A program made the position numbers and the translations under genes. The notes under the pieces are model-generated. The model made no database searches, was not told the DNA's origin, and saw only the letters and a list, made by a program, of their open reading frames with translations. A stretch of DNA of 61,732 nucleotides, the filler included, from Choristocarpus tenellus KU-1152 (Eukaryota > Protista > Phaeophyceae): assembly GCA_964200185.2 (NCBI GenBank). It is 12 parts of 12 records of this genome, joined end to end, with 100 filler letters (N's around TTAATTAATTAA, not from the genome) between each part and the next. Parts side by side here need not be neighbours in the genome. Positions count along the whole stretch, not along the records: positions 22,302 to 26,722 come from CAXNAD020014625.1; positions 26,823 to 33,076 come from CAXNAD020008560.1; positions 33,177 to 36,035 come from CAXNAD020024151.1; positions 36,136 to 39,253 come from CAXNAD020022194.1; 8 more parts are not named here. The stretch is one strand, 5' to 3'. Shown here piece by piece: positions 25,349-38,335 of the stretch. Every line of letters starts with the position of its first letter. Position 1 is the stretch's first letter.

Positions 25349-25745
25349 CTGTGTCCCAGTGGAGGGGGAAGGGGGAGGGGGTAGACAAGTCTGACGTAGA
25401 ACATTCAAATAGTGGAGGAGGAAGGTGCGGCAAGCCACTCTAAAGATTTGCGCCTGCAATGACAGCTTTGTCCATTTTACAGCATATTATTCATTTTATC
25501 GAGGTTACATAACACACCTTCTGGATTAACACTCTCACCGAATAATTATTTGCTGTGGTCAACCTTCTCACACGTACAATGTCCAGCAAAATATTGTTGG
25601 GGAAAGGAGGCAGATGTGTTTCTGTTCTCGGAAGATAGGAGGGCTCGTGACGAGAACGCGCGCAAAAATGCACCCCATAATCGTTTCCTTTACCAATCCC
25701 CACACTGCTAGTTCCCCCATCCCCTATCCATCACTGCTGCACTAC

Positions 25746-25995
25746 CTACTGTATCCACCACTGTTGCTTCTGCGACGGATCCTGCAACACAGTGTAAACT
25801 GGAGGACCGGCATTGACTTCCCCGTTGCTCATCCGACCCCACCACTCCCACAGCCAGTCTTCGAAGGGGATGAGATCCAAGAGTAGAGAGGCGTCTCCAT
25901 GTCGTCGCTGATCGAATTAACGCAAAACCTGCCATCGGTCTGAGCGTGGTACATAGGGACATGAGCACACGACAGGTATGTGTGTCATCAGGCAT
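25746..25995 (-). CDS. argS: Probable first exon of ArgRS (organellar targeting presequence)
   Basis: ORF MPDD..MSLCTTLRPMAGFALIRSATTWRRLSTLGSHPLRR.. is R/S/T-rich; a phase-1 donor G|gtagtg matches the phase of the next exon. Start uncertain. Confidence 0.5.
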
Positions 25996-26722
25996 CTACT
26001 CACGTCCAAAGCGTTTGATCCCGAGCTTTCAAGACCCTTCAGCATGCATTTCGCTGAGAATATTTGTTAGGTGCGCCCTCAGCCCAAGGACTCCGTAGAT
26101 TTCCCAGGAGGGGTCACACCCTTGTGGTCTTGCAACATTGTACATAGTATCAAGTGCCAAGGTCAACAATCAAGGACTGCCGAGTACGAGGCCTGATGTA
26201 TACTCATGGCTCACTTCAAGGAACACTATACTTCCAAGAAAACGGATCAGGGGAGTCAACGACAACTCTATAAGTAAGATCCATCAATAACTCCGAAGCA
26301 TCTTGAACCTGTGGGCCTTCCAATCACCATAGGTTAACATATAACTTTTGAGTTGGCGCATGACGTGTGCTTACCTGAATGCCGCGACTGGACAAATCAG
26401 ATTCAACGAAACCATTGCGAACACACCCCTCAAATGGTATCTTCGATGTACTATATGGGAGTCCCCCATTACGCCAGTCAAGGTGATTTGAGGTAGGTTG
26501 GTCTCATGAACAACACACAACACACGGATTGAATTTGTGCGCGAGTTTGACAATTCCAGACATTACGCGCGCAACTGCCTGGCAATCATAAAACAGACGT
26601 AACATAACTAGATCAGAAATAGGGAAAGGAAATGGGAGAATGACGTACATGTCAGGGACAGGTTCCTTTTTGGGATCGCCGACACACACTGTATGTATAA
26701 GACGCGCGGTCAGATACAATTG

Positions 26723-26822
26723 NNNNNNNNNNNNNNNNNNNNNNNNNNNNNNNNNNNNNNNNNNNNTTAATTAATTAANNNNNNNNNNNNNNNNNNNNNN
26801 NNNNNNNNNNNNNNNNNNNNNN
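26723..26822. other. Artificial contig linker
   Basis: N44-TTAATTAATTAA-N44. Confidence 0.98.
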
Positions 26823-27086
26823 GACATTATTAGAAGAATTATGTTCGTAAATCGAAGAATGATTTGAGAACCCCCCATGCACGTATGCACATATGAACAG
26901 AATCCAGATATATGCAAGTATATGAAATGCGTCTTGCAATGATAATATGGGAAGTTACCGATATTATCGAGGCGAAGTCGATAGCGTTAATGACGCACCA
27001 TACCCTAACCGTCCAACGGTTTAAGTTGTGAGTACGAAGTGTGCGCATCCACTGTTAAAACCGCGCTCGGCATTCTTTTCCAATGT

Positions 27087-27418
27087 CTATCTTCTGCCAT
27101 CGGACGAAAGAAATGAAATTGGGTTATTCGTGTTTTCCCCGTGCGTTTAAAATTGCTACCTATTACCATGTCGGCAAAAGATATAAAGTTGGGTTATTCA
27201 TGTGTTTTGTCCATGCGTTCAAAATTGCTATCTTCTGCCATCCGACAGAAGATATCAAATTTGGTTATGAATGTTTTCCACATGCCTTGAAACAAAAGAT
27301 ATAAATTTGTGTTATTAGTTTTCCACACATACGTTTGAAATTGCTACCTATTGCCTTGAAAGAAAATATATCAAGTTGGGTTATTCATGTTTTATTGATG
27401 CATTTAAAATTGCTACCT
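27087..27418. repeat. Degenerate ~70-bp tandem repeat x~5
   Basis: Recurring TTGGGTTATTC..GTTTT..ATGCGTTTAAAATTGCTA(C/T)C units. Confidence 0.8.
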
Positions 27419-27658
27419 GTTGCAGTTCCACAAGTGTTGACAACTCGCAGTGTATCGAGAGCGAAAATTTTACCCCTCCATTAAAAATAATGGTCTCATT
27501 TGAACGACATTGGTTGGACAATATTCACGTGTGCAAACAGACATTGCAGACGCTACCGACCTTGGAATCAAAAAGCACATACACTGTCCCTACTATTGTT
27601 ACGACACTCCCCGCCTTGTCCCCACTGATAATACACCCTTGCCTCCATCACTAATGAC

Positions 27659-29099
27659 ATGTATCCCCTTCTGCATGCGTCTCGTTCATGTTGGTTGCTA
27701 CTGCTGCTTGCATCCCAACCCCCTATCATGCCACAGAGCAATGACCGAGTGTACAAGAAGTCCAACCAGAAGTGGACCACAACGGTGATAGCAACAAGCC
27801 TCAATGCGACGCATACCTTGGACCTTGCCACATCGACATTCGTGTCCCAAGAGTTTAATGCGAACCTCCTCGGTAAGGGGAGGGTCGAGAGTATATTCAG
27901 TAAACTGGCACAGACACAGAAGACACGGCCGAGAAGCTTGCCACCATCTTGAGTGGACAGCCCTTCTCTTTGTGCTCACCTTGGAAGACTCTCGAGGACT
28001 TCAAGGTCTCAGTGCATGTATCACGGGCTCCACTTTATATAGCCGACGACGAACTATTCTCACGATACATTGGACAGGGCTGCATAGGAGTAGACGAGGA
28101 CGGCAAGGAGAGGGATCCCACCGACACCTCTAACACTTTATTTTTTCTGAACGGGCAGCATAGGATTATGTTGTTGAGGACCGTGGCGTGCATTGCCCAG
28201 GGGAGTAATCTTCCTTGCAGCATACGTGCCCCTGCTCACGCGACAACACGTTGGGCGTCAGAAGTCGGAGTGACCTTCCAGAAGAGTCGACAGAGGAGGT
28301 TTGTGTGGAAGATTTTTTCGCAATACAGTCGCGAGAAGGCCGAATCTATATCGATCGGGGAGGGCGTTGTGGTGAGTAGATTTTATGTGCCAAATGTCTT
28401 GGATATTTTCAAGAGGATGATATGCTGTGTTAGAGCAATGATGGAGTATAGGCGGTAATACACTTGCAATAAGTCCCACCCCTATGTACCACAAACCAAC
28501 GATGACAGCGAACGGCATACACGGAGGAGGGCGTTGGTCAACCAGTGCAATCAATATTACCTGGAAGATATAGACTTCGGGCGTGACGACGCCGTGTTCC
28601 ACATTGCTGTAAGAAGGAGGGTCGCAGCAAAAATAAAGGCATTCCTCAAGGAAGCCTGGGAAGACACCAACATGGAAAGTAGGTTAATGAACGTGAAAGA
28701 AGATACGGCGATGCAGTTCTACGACTCCGTTGCCATACTCGCGCAGATATGCACGACAAAGGTGAACCGTACATTATTATTTTCCACGAATTGTTCGAAA
28801 CCATCCTTTACAAAACCTTGCATTCTTTTCGTCGCACAGCTCTATATGGATTGGACATGAACGACGGATCACTCACACTCCCTTCCTTCGTCTTACTTTT
28901 TTCTCTACTAGATACAAACGAGCTAGAGGATCTTCTACTCAGCGTCTGGGGGGACCACAAGAAGTGCGACGCTTCTGGCGTAAGTGCATTTCGGCATTGT
29001 CCATATTTCAACATGAAACGTCTCCCGCTGGAAATATCAAACAACATCACATCCAGCACATACGTGGGCACTAAAGATGATGCATTGTACATTTTATAG
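27659..29099 (+). pseudogene. Decayed coding region with a ParB/DGQHR-like motif, origin unknown
   Basis: Overlapping + strand ORFs broken by stops and frameshifts; motif LFFLNGQHRIMLLR; possible short intron (gtgaac..cgcacag). Confidence 0.4.
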
Positions 29100-31619
29100 A
29101 TATAACTAAACCTACAACATAGGTTGAACATTTCTTTTTACCAAACAACATTAACCCATAAATTTTATGAAAATGATGTGAATTGATTTGTGAAATAATT
29201 GTTATATATGTAGTCTTTTCCGTTGTCTTTTGATTTTAAACCTTCGTTTATCTACGAATAAATTAGCACCATCTTCTGTTATAATAGCATTAGTAACAGA
29301 AATTGCACATAGTGACAACCACTAAGGATTATGTTGCCTGCCTATGAAAGGTGTCAACACAAATCGTCATGTTCACACCTGCTTCAGTGATTAACGTTTC
29401 GCCCTCCCCTCAACGCATTGCATACACCCCCCCGACCAGGACAAGTTCGACTTTAGGGCGGTGCACTCCTTCACTTTGCTATGGTACGCCAACCCAGATG
29501 TGGCCATTGAGACCGTGAGGAAGAGTGAGGGGTTCACCCATGTCTACAGAAATCAGGTGGCCTAACTCTAACCCCCCAAACACTGGAACAACTTTGCGAC
29601 CGTATCTATGTGGTTGTGCTCGACGGCATTCGATCATTGCACAGAATATATTCCCCCGTCTGCACATTCTTCTAACCCAACATTCTTCCAATCCTGACTG
29701 CACGTATCCCGGTTCCAAATTGAAACGTGTAATATGTCCCTCCCTTTGTGTAGGTCACTAAAGAGATCAGGGAACAGCATTTCGCAAGAGTGTGTACTGA
29801 TGTCTTGGCTGGATATAGACTTTCCATCTTGAGAGGAGAGACCCCACAAAACTACAATTGGAACGACATTGTAGAGGTGGCCGCGCATGTCTTCTCCCAG
29901 CAGGCAGCAAAAAAACTCCCGTCGGACACGCTCTCTCTCTCGTGCGTGGTTGGCACGGAGACCTTCCCAGACGAATGGGTAAGTCCAGTCTTGATAATTG
30001 ATGTTGCTCAGCTGCTGTGAAAATGTGTGCACTACGCTGACGCTGCTGCAACACAAAGTATCATTCTCTCATTGACCCACAACTCAAGAACTTGCCCACT
30101 CCCCATTCACTCCTCCTTGACAGTTCTCCAAGACTCTGAGAGGTCAAAGGAACAAACGGCCCCAGACCAAACCTTGTGAGGATAAACCCAGGAGGGGACG
30201 AGGGAAGGGGAAGAAACATTCGCCAGGGACCGCGGATACCACCTTGAAATCCGCGTCACAAACCGATCATGATTTTCCACTCGACACGCCCAAACTTACG
30301 ACTTGCGTATGTAAGGAGGATATACCTTAAGCGTGTCCTCATCAAAGGGGCTGTCCTTGAGGTCGCTATCCAGGTCATGAACAACCTCAAGAGGAAGGAC
30401 AAGCTCGGGATTGACCCCAATGCGGAAGACTCCTCCAACGGGACTCCAAATAATAACTTCACCCTGTCCGAAGAGGTATGCAGGGGTGTAAGGTTCTGCT
30501 CTGGACTGTCATTCGTATTGTCATTCCTTACATTTCACAAGCTCGACAAACCCTCTGATAAATGTTCCCCCAAACCCTGAAAATATGTCAGGTGATAAAG
30601 GACCTCGTCTTGCAAGGTGTGGAAAAGGATTATCTATTCTTCGACATCGTGAGATACTCCAAGGGTGTTACTCTAAACGCCAGCGACGAACACGAAGGCA
30701 AGCTACCAAAGCATCGTACAACATACAACTATATCTATATCACAAAGCTTTGCCCTCCTCAAACACAGTGTCTCGTCTCTCCTCAGTTCCCAATCCTGGA
30801 CACTCTTACGCACACAGATACTACTATTGCGCAACCTTCTTCACTTTCACCTGTGACACCGACATTGCACGCCTAAGCCCAAGCATAGAATTTTGTCATC
30901 CAAGTCACACCTCACCATTTCAGACCAGTCATCCTACAGATCTATATGGGTCTCATTATCAATGTCCAATAACTTTGTACCTTTGTATTACGTCCACTAC
31001 AACAGTGCGCTTGAATACCCACTCCTACCTAAATTAGGACATGTACCAGAAAGCTATGAGCATGCCATTTTGGATCTGTGTCACACTGTAGACTCAGCCT
31101 TTTTTGTGCTCGAGGACCCCATCATACACGGAAAAAAAAGAGGAATCCTTAGATAATCGCAACGAAGTGTCTGCCACGAAATCCTAGATTGTACTCTAAC
31201 GCCTCTAACCCCTTCCACTACTGCTGTCCACTAAACCTCCTGTCGCAGAGGTCACAAAAGTAACAACTACCATGGTCTCGCCATTTGGGAACGTTCAGGC
31301 CGTTCATGACTTAGTGACAAGACACATGTGGACTATGAAAACGCGGTTGCTAACCTATATACCCAGCGTGGAGGCAATGTTATTACGTGCACCGTCCTGG
31401 GCAATAATCATGACCTCGATCGACTCCAACTCCTGGTCAATAATCTCTCCGAGTTGTGCAATTTTTCCCTCTCAAATAGCGCTGTGAAAGCCGGTCTGGT
31501 ACTGGTGTCTCGTCATCTTCTGAGGAGGATGACGAGACAGGCGTGGGGGAAGTGCCAAGCGCACCATCAGGGTCTATCTCTGGTGGAATGTTTCTGGAAG
31601 ATACACAATCATCAATGCG

Positions 31620-32483
31620 GTGGGTACGAGCGGGGAGGAATCTGTCCACGCTGCCCCAACAGGTGCAAGAGACATGGATGACGACTTTGGGGGGGGATGT
31701 GAAAGCTCCATCCGTTCTTCAACAACTGATCCTTCCAGTAAGAGGAAATCAGACGGTTCTTCTTCTCGCAGAGATGGCCCTTCAGCCAAGAAAGCAAAAG
31801 TTGGCAAGACCTTGACCTCTGTCGACAAGAAGAAGAAGAACAACAACAACAACAACAAAGACAAGACTAAGAAGAAGAAGAAGTCGGCAGTGGCCATTCA
31901 AGGGGTCAGACCTGTGGAGAAGCCTGGTGGTGGAAGTGACAGGCCGGAAGGACCGCCAAGTTGCGGAGACGAGTCTCTCCACTCCGCGCTTACAAATAGA
32001 AGGGACAAGGATGACGCCAGTGGGGGAGGAGTGAAAGCTCCACCCATGCTACACCAACTACTGTGGCAAAAAAGAGGAAATCAGGTTATTATCGCAGAGA
32101 TCGACCTTCTTCTAAGAAAGCAAAAGTTGTGCAAGACCTTGACCTCTGCCAACAACAAGAAGAAGAGGTTCGCAGTAGTCCTTGAAGGGGTGACACCTGT
32201 GGAGAAGCTTTGTGGAAAGAACAGGCAGGACGGACAGCCAACTTCTTTCCTGACCAACATTCTTGCTTCTGCTCGCCCGAGGGTGGAGGCTAACCCAGCC
32301 TCGACGTACAATCCTGCAGATCAAAGAGATCTACCTGTGACAGAGGGAGTAGGTGACGCACTCCAGAAGGAAGAGGGGAACCGTTCCACAGGTGGTGGTG
32401 AACCCTGCGCCAGACCACAATCGGTCCACTCCGGAGGTCCAATCGTGGAGGGTGTAACAGAAGGTTCATGGAAGCCTGTGTGA
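31620..32483 (+). pseudogene. Low-complexity K/S/G-rich ORF with an internal ~330-bp duplication
   Basis: GEESVHAA..KTLTSVDKKKK..GVRPVEKP is repeated as GDESLHSA..KTLTSANNKKK..GVTPVEKL, with frameshifts between the copies. Confidence 0.4.
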
Positions 32484-33076
32484 CAGAACTCCTACTCCAT
32501 TTGGCGACCAAGCCGACATCTGCCCAGTACCGGGTGCAAACGCAGATCCTCGGGCAGGTCATACATGATCACAGGTTTCGACAAATGAGGGTCGGAAGGG
32601 AGGCCAAGAATATTGTTCAGGGAGACAACAGCTACGTACATGAGGAAATCCTCAATACGCTGGGTGGTGGTACCGGGAAATTGAAGAGGACTTTTCGCAT
32701 GGAGGATGTCGAAGCCCTTCGTGCTAAGAGGGCCACTTTTCAAACCCTCATTAAGGCAGAAAAATGGAACGCCAAATATTCCACTATGCTTAACTTGTGG
32801 CACCGACTGACTGCGGCCTACACCAAACTCGTAGACTGGTGGGAGAAGGGCAATGAGTGCCGATACCAACATGCCTATGAGTTGAAGTAGAGTCTTCATC
32901 ATTTCCGATTGAGCTTGTTGTATGGGTAGTTTTTAGTTTTGTTCAGTTAGGGCCTAAAGGTTTTTTGGATGCTCTCCAACTCCTGTGTGTTCATGTGGTT
33001 TGGGTCTGACAGCTTATTCCTTTTCACAGTGGTGCTGGATCTTTACGTTTTTCAGACCCGAAGTATCTGGGGGGGG

Positions 33077-33176
33077 NNNNNNNNNNNNNNNNNNNNNNNN
33101 NNNNNNNNNNNNNNNNNNNNTTAATTAATTAANNNNNNNNNNNNNNNNNNNNNNNNNNNNNNNNNNNNNNNNNNNN
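33077..33176. other. Artificial contig linker
   Basis: N44-TTAATTAATTAA-N44. Confidence 0.98.
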
Positions 33177-36035
33177 CAGTGGTGTCTGCATTTCCTAATC
33201 TACTCCACCGATGGTGTCTATAGTGTACCAGCAGCACTATCTACGAACACATAATCCCCCATGAGCTCGCCATGTTGATGGACCGGTCTTGGGGGATGCG
33301 AAACCTGCGAAATAATGGACGTTCTTCCTCCTCATCCTCCTTGTCCATCAAAGCGGAGATGAGCAAATCCCAGTTGCGTTTTATCCTAGAAGTCGTCTCC
33401 AACATAAATGTAGATTAATCGAAAGAAGAGGAACTGGAAGACGATGAACTCGAGGATGATGAACTTGAGGACGATGACATTCGGTCTCTCTCACTCTCTT
33501 CAACCTTTTGTCTATCTTGAACCAGATGTGCTATAGGTAGTAACTCTGTAGCCCCAAGTACATTGCTACCAACAATAACAAAGAAAGGGCAAATCGAAAC
33601 ACCAAGAATTCCGTTCAGATTTGCCTTGAAAATTGGTCAAGAATGGTCTGATCCACCCTTCGTTCAGATTTGCCTCGTTCAGAAATGCCCCGAAACTGCG
33701 GTATAATTCGGACTTGTCACGATTTTCCGTTTCGAAATGCCCCAAAAAAGGAAAAAGCAAAACGAAATGGGGGTGAAAACGTGCGTATAGGAAATGACCT
33801 TACATCACCAAATTATACCATCCAGACCAAGAGTAGTTACGACCAATCGTGACGATATATGGGTAGATTGTATCCTTCCACAGGACGAATCGGAGTGGGG
33901 GCAATCACCATAGGGTTCCTAGCGAAGAAGAGTATGCCCTGTTGGACATATCCACATCAGATATCCGTCAACCACAACCCTATTAAAGACGACGGTGCAA
34001 AACGAGAGGCGTTCCATACGAAAGTTGATACGATCTTGTAGGCAACCATGACGTATTGACACCTATTATTAATTTATGTCGTCTACTATACGCCTTTCCC
34101 CCTCCATAACTTGGTATCACTTTCTAGAGAGTGTGTCGATGGTCTCGAAAAACGTGTTTTGTAATATTTTTGGGAAAGTGACAATCTGTTACATTCTCTA
34201 AAAAAGGCACACAGTATGTAGAAATGTAGTTTACAACAATACTTATATCTACCCACAAATTTCTTTGCGCTCTGAAGAGTGAAAAATTGATCCTCCCACT
34301 ATCTAGAAATATGAATATACTTCCCATTAGTTGTTCATAACGAATTTGACATTTTCATGTTCTACGGAGAAAAGTGGATTTATATGAGTTTTTTTATGAA
34401 GAGTGAAAGAGAAGAATGGAGAGTGTCAACTATTTATGTGGGTTTCAAAATCTATCTTGATATCCCTGTCAATTTCACCATCCCATCCTCCACAACACAC
34501 CACTCCCTGATATGATCCCTAAAACATTGCACTACGGAAATATAACGAGATGTTGAGTAACGTCCCCAATGGGCAGGGTTCAACGCCTGCAATTGGAGCA
34601 GAGGTACCTGGAGTGCCTTTTGTTCAGTACACACAATTGTTCCTGTACCTCGTGACAACTGTCGCATCAGGGACCAAGAGGGTCGAAGAACACGTTCATC
34701 ATTGGTGGAACGTTCAAGATGATCAGGAGGTGTCCACGTCAGGGCCATGCTGCAAGACCACACATTTCATGAACGATTTGGTATGGACTTTCCGTCCTTT
34801 TCTGCTTTGTGCATTTCGCTACCCCTTTATTCTTAAGGGAGAAGAGGACAAACCGTCTCTTGAACGGGAAAGTTCCAGGAGAGTGGACTCTTACCTGCGG
34901 TCTATGGTTTCTGACTGGTAGCAGTGTCTATGGGCTCATGGGCACTGCCGTCATCGCCAAAACAACAGCATAGATGAACGAGAGAGTTGTGCTTGCAATC
35001 TTGAGTTCAAGGAGCTCGTGCTAGGCTGGTCCTTGAGAGAAGAGTTGGACTGTGCCGTGGATGTGTTTAGGAGAGGAAAACTTGTCGGTCTCATTTCTTG
35101 ATGCGTGGATACAGTTCATGGACTGTTCGTTCGAACCAAGCGTGTCTTGATCAAGTTTCGTTTAATACCTACAGTGTTGGCTGTCGCCTCCTGCATCAAC
35201 TTTGTCGTGCCATAACAATTTTTTTCATGAAAATTTGTTTGTTGTAATCGCATCACCATGATTAACCTTATTTGATGGGTCTCGGTTGGTCAACCTGCAG
35301 TAATGGTGAGAAATACAGGATCGTACTTAAATCAAGTAGTCCTCGTGCGCGAACGTTCGCGCATTTAAGGATGATAGTGACGCAAGAAGAGACCATCTTC
35401 ACCCAGAGAAAATGCGCGTTGTTGTCTCTTTATTCTCTTTCCATTATTTCCCGTTTATTCGATGTCACCTACTGACTAAGGTGTTGAAATATTCCACACT
35501 GGACCCACGGCTGTGTGCCTTGGTAGAGGACAATAAATGGGTTGATATAGATATACAATAGTAATGTTACAAGAGGCTTATGGTCTCGATTCTCACTGAG
35601 TGAACTTGTAGGTTGAGACAGGTGTAAACCACCATTCTATTCCTATAGTATGGGTTTTGCAACTGCCCACACTAGTTTACTATGAATCACTTATTTACTT
35701 GTCTTCAATATAGCAAGCATATATTGAAAATGACACAAATCAATAGACACTAGTGAGTCAATACATGCGGTATATCTGTCACTGACTCTCCATCCTATTA
35801 TCTAATCCACTGGTGGTGTCTATTGTGTATCAGGAGCACTATCCACGAACATGCCATCTGAACCAGACAATTCATGCCAAGTCAAATGGGGTGTTGTTAA
35901 GGTGCAGACCTCCTGTGAGACTAATGTCTTGTACACCCTGTTTAATTTGGTGCACTCCATGCCTTTCTCGTTGGAATATATCAGGTGGTAAGCAATACTC
36001 ATGCTGAAGAACCTCTCCACAATTACTCTGGACAG

Positions 36036-36135
36036 NNNNNNNNNNNNNNNNNNNNNNNNNNNNNNNNNNNNNNNNNNNNTTAATTAATTAANNNNNNNNN
36101 NNNNNNNNNNNNNNNNNNNNNNNNNNNNNNNNNNN
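36036..36135. other. Artificial contig linker
   Basis: N44-TTAATTAATTAA-N44. Confidence 0.98.
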
Positions 36136-36424
36136 GAGTGAGCACAGCCCTTGGTGGTGGGGTGCTCTTATATTATTATCTATTGCGCACGTCATCAGAC
36201 ACGTCAAAATATGTCTGTGTCAGTCGCACTACGTCAGCCACTTGTAGTGAACAAAATAAGAAATCTATCCATCGAAACTTGAACCTGTGACTAAAAGCAC
36301 ACCAAATCAAATCCTTGATCCTTTGACTACTCAGTCAATACTTCTGTTATACGGTACTGATGACTAAACATACAGCTTCCTATAGAGTTCCTAGCCTATA
36401 TTGCACAGGCGCCGTCTGAATGCA

Positions 36425-36676
36425 TAGTCAAAGTATCTTAGAGGCTAGAGCCGCTTCCGTTTGGGGGCCAAAATCCAATGTTCCGATTTTGATGTAATTT
36501 TGGCTATCGTGTTTGTTAGGAAGTGTCAATATCCTTGTTCCTGACACCCGTTTTCATAGCATCATAAACATTTTACCTACTCCAAAACATTTCGGAGTAG
36601 GTAAAATGTCATAAAAAAACACGTGGGAAGCCAAGCCCCAAAATGAACAAACAGGGCAAAACTCGTACTTTCACTC
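36425..36676. mobile_element. MITE family A, second copy
   Basis: Collinear with 1646-1903; TSD TGCA; right TIR carries a 12-bp deletion; a paralogous empty site lies at ~36800-36850. Confidence 0.9.
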
Positions 36677-37043
36677 TGCATGTTTTACTCAATCAGACAA
36701 TGATTGATGTGAAAGTGTGTTTGTTTGTGCTGTGATTAACCCGTTTAGAGACAGGTTTGTGTCATAGTGCAACAAGAAACCTGCGGTTTTGGTCTGGTGC
36801 GTCTGAATGCATGTTTTACTCAATTAGACTATGGTTGATGTGAAATGTGTGATCATTCATTAAAACTCTCAAATGAAGAAATCCATGGTCTTTGAAGAGG
36901 CCTGTCACCTTAGCTGAGAAGGGTTTCGAAGGATGGTTTTACTCTGGTTATATTGGATCCAGGCGTGTGTCCGGTAGACGTATTGCAGAGTGAGCGTGAT
37001 GAATGTTGATGGGGGAATGCCAGTCAAGAAAAGGTAGCAATCA

Positions 37044-37074
<31 letters not shown>

Positions 37075-37191
37075 AGTCACAACTTCTTGAGTTAAGAAGA
37101 CGAAGAAAGGGAAATAACAAAGAAGAAACAAGGGGACAAACTTGAATCAACGGCTGAGGGAACTGATGCGAAACTTGGTATGCCTGTATGT

Positions 37192-37367
37192 GACCTATAG
37201 TATCTGGGGGGGCGAGGGTCTACACCCTGGTGTCCATTTGGGCCAAGATCAGGAAAAGTGCATTTACATTATCCATCCGACTTATGCAACCAAATTACCC
37301 AAAAATCGCGACACGAAGAAAATGACCCCAAATGGACAGCCGCCAACCCCCACAGATACTTTGAGCC
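37192..37367. mobile_element. MITE family B
   Basis: Imperfect TIRs GACCTATAGTATCTGGGG / CCCACAGATACTTTGAGCC, TSD ATGT; homologous to 57772-57966. Confidence 0.8.
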
Positions 37368-37559
37368 ATGTGCGATAGGAAGCGACTCTTCTTATCCTTC
37401 CTATATACCGTGGGGTTCTGAAGGTGATTAATGGTGTTGTGATGAGAAGCTAACGAGGTAAGTGAGAATAGTGACCATTGCAATGGACACATCAACATTC
37501 GGTATGTACTGACGATAATGTATCGTATCAAAACAATCAAACGAGTAGCCTATATTTTA

Positions 37560-37850
37560 ACAAGGAGGGCCTGTCAAACAGGTGCCCAGTGACTGGGTGT
37601 AGGAGGCAAAATGTTGACACCAGACATGCCTGTAGCCGCCCCAGGGCAGGAGGCCAGGTTCGACAACACACACCTATGGTGCAACGTCTAAGTCAACTAT
37701 GGAAGGGAAAGGGCATCCCTTGCACTATGGAGGACGGTAGCCCCTTCACTGTGGACAGGAATTTCCGCATGGATCTAGTCTTCCATGCAGGGGCATTCGT
37801 GGACACCGGATCAGCCCCCTATCGGTACAAAGGCATCTAGCTAGATGTTA
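37560..37850 (+). mobile_element. RLE/CRE-like LINE fragment (zinc knuckle and start of endonuclease)
   Basis: Reads CPVTGC..DTRHACS..QH..EDGSPF..RMDLVFHAGAFVDTGSAPYRYKGI*LDV; same family as 10165-10630; ends at a solo LTR. Confidence 0.8.
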
Positions 37851-38335
37851 TGTTACAGCGCGCCCCAGAACTCACCTCCACAGGATGTGTAACTCAAATC
37901 CAACGACCTTAAAGCAACGCTATGCGGATGTTGCCCTTGGTAACAGTTTGGTGGGTATCAGGCAGCCTTTTCTCTCGATACTCCACTCAGTGCATAGCTC
38001 AAAGCTCGTCTCAATGTTTTGTTCAAGATAAAACGACTGATTTAAGAGGGGTAAGGGATTTGACCAAAAGCCCTCTTATTATTTTCATCATCCACCCAAT
38101 TTCTTTGGTCTTCTATGCAACTGCTCTATACGTACTCCAATCATAAACCTTTATTTGCAACTTCTTAGACACTTTGACGTTTTCTTCTGTAATGTTATGT
38201 ATGCGTTACGAATCTTACTCTGTATCTTCTATGAAATAATTTATTCTGTAAGGCTACCTATGTGTAACTAATCTCGTATATTGCTCATACTTGTTAGAAT
38301 GCGAGATACAATGCTCGCACTATTCGCCTGTAACA
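37851..38335. mobile_element. Solo LTR
   Basis: TGTTACAG...CTGTAACA termini, 485 bp, homologous to 11789-12253; no TSD. Confidence 0.82.
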
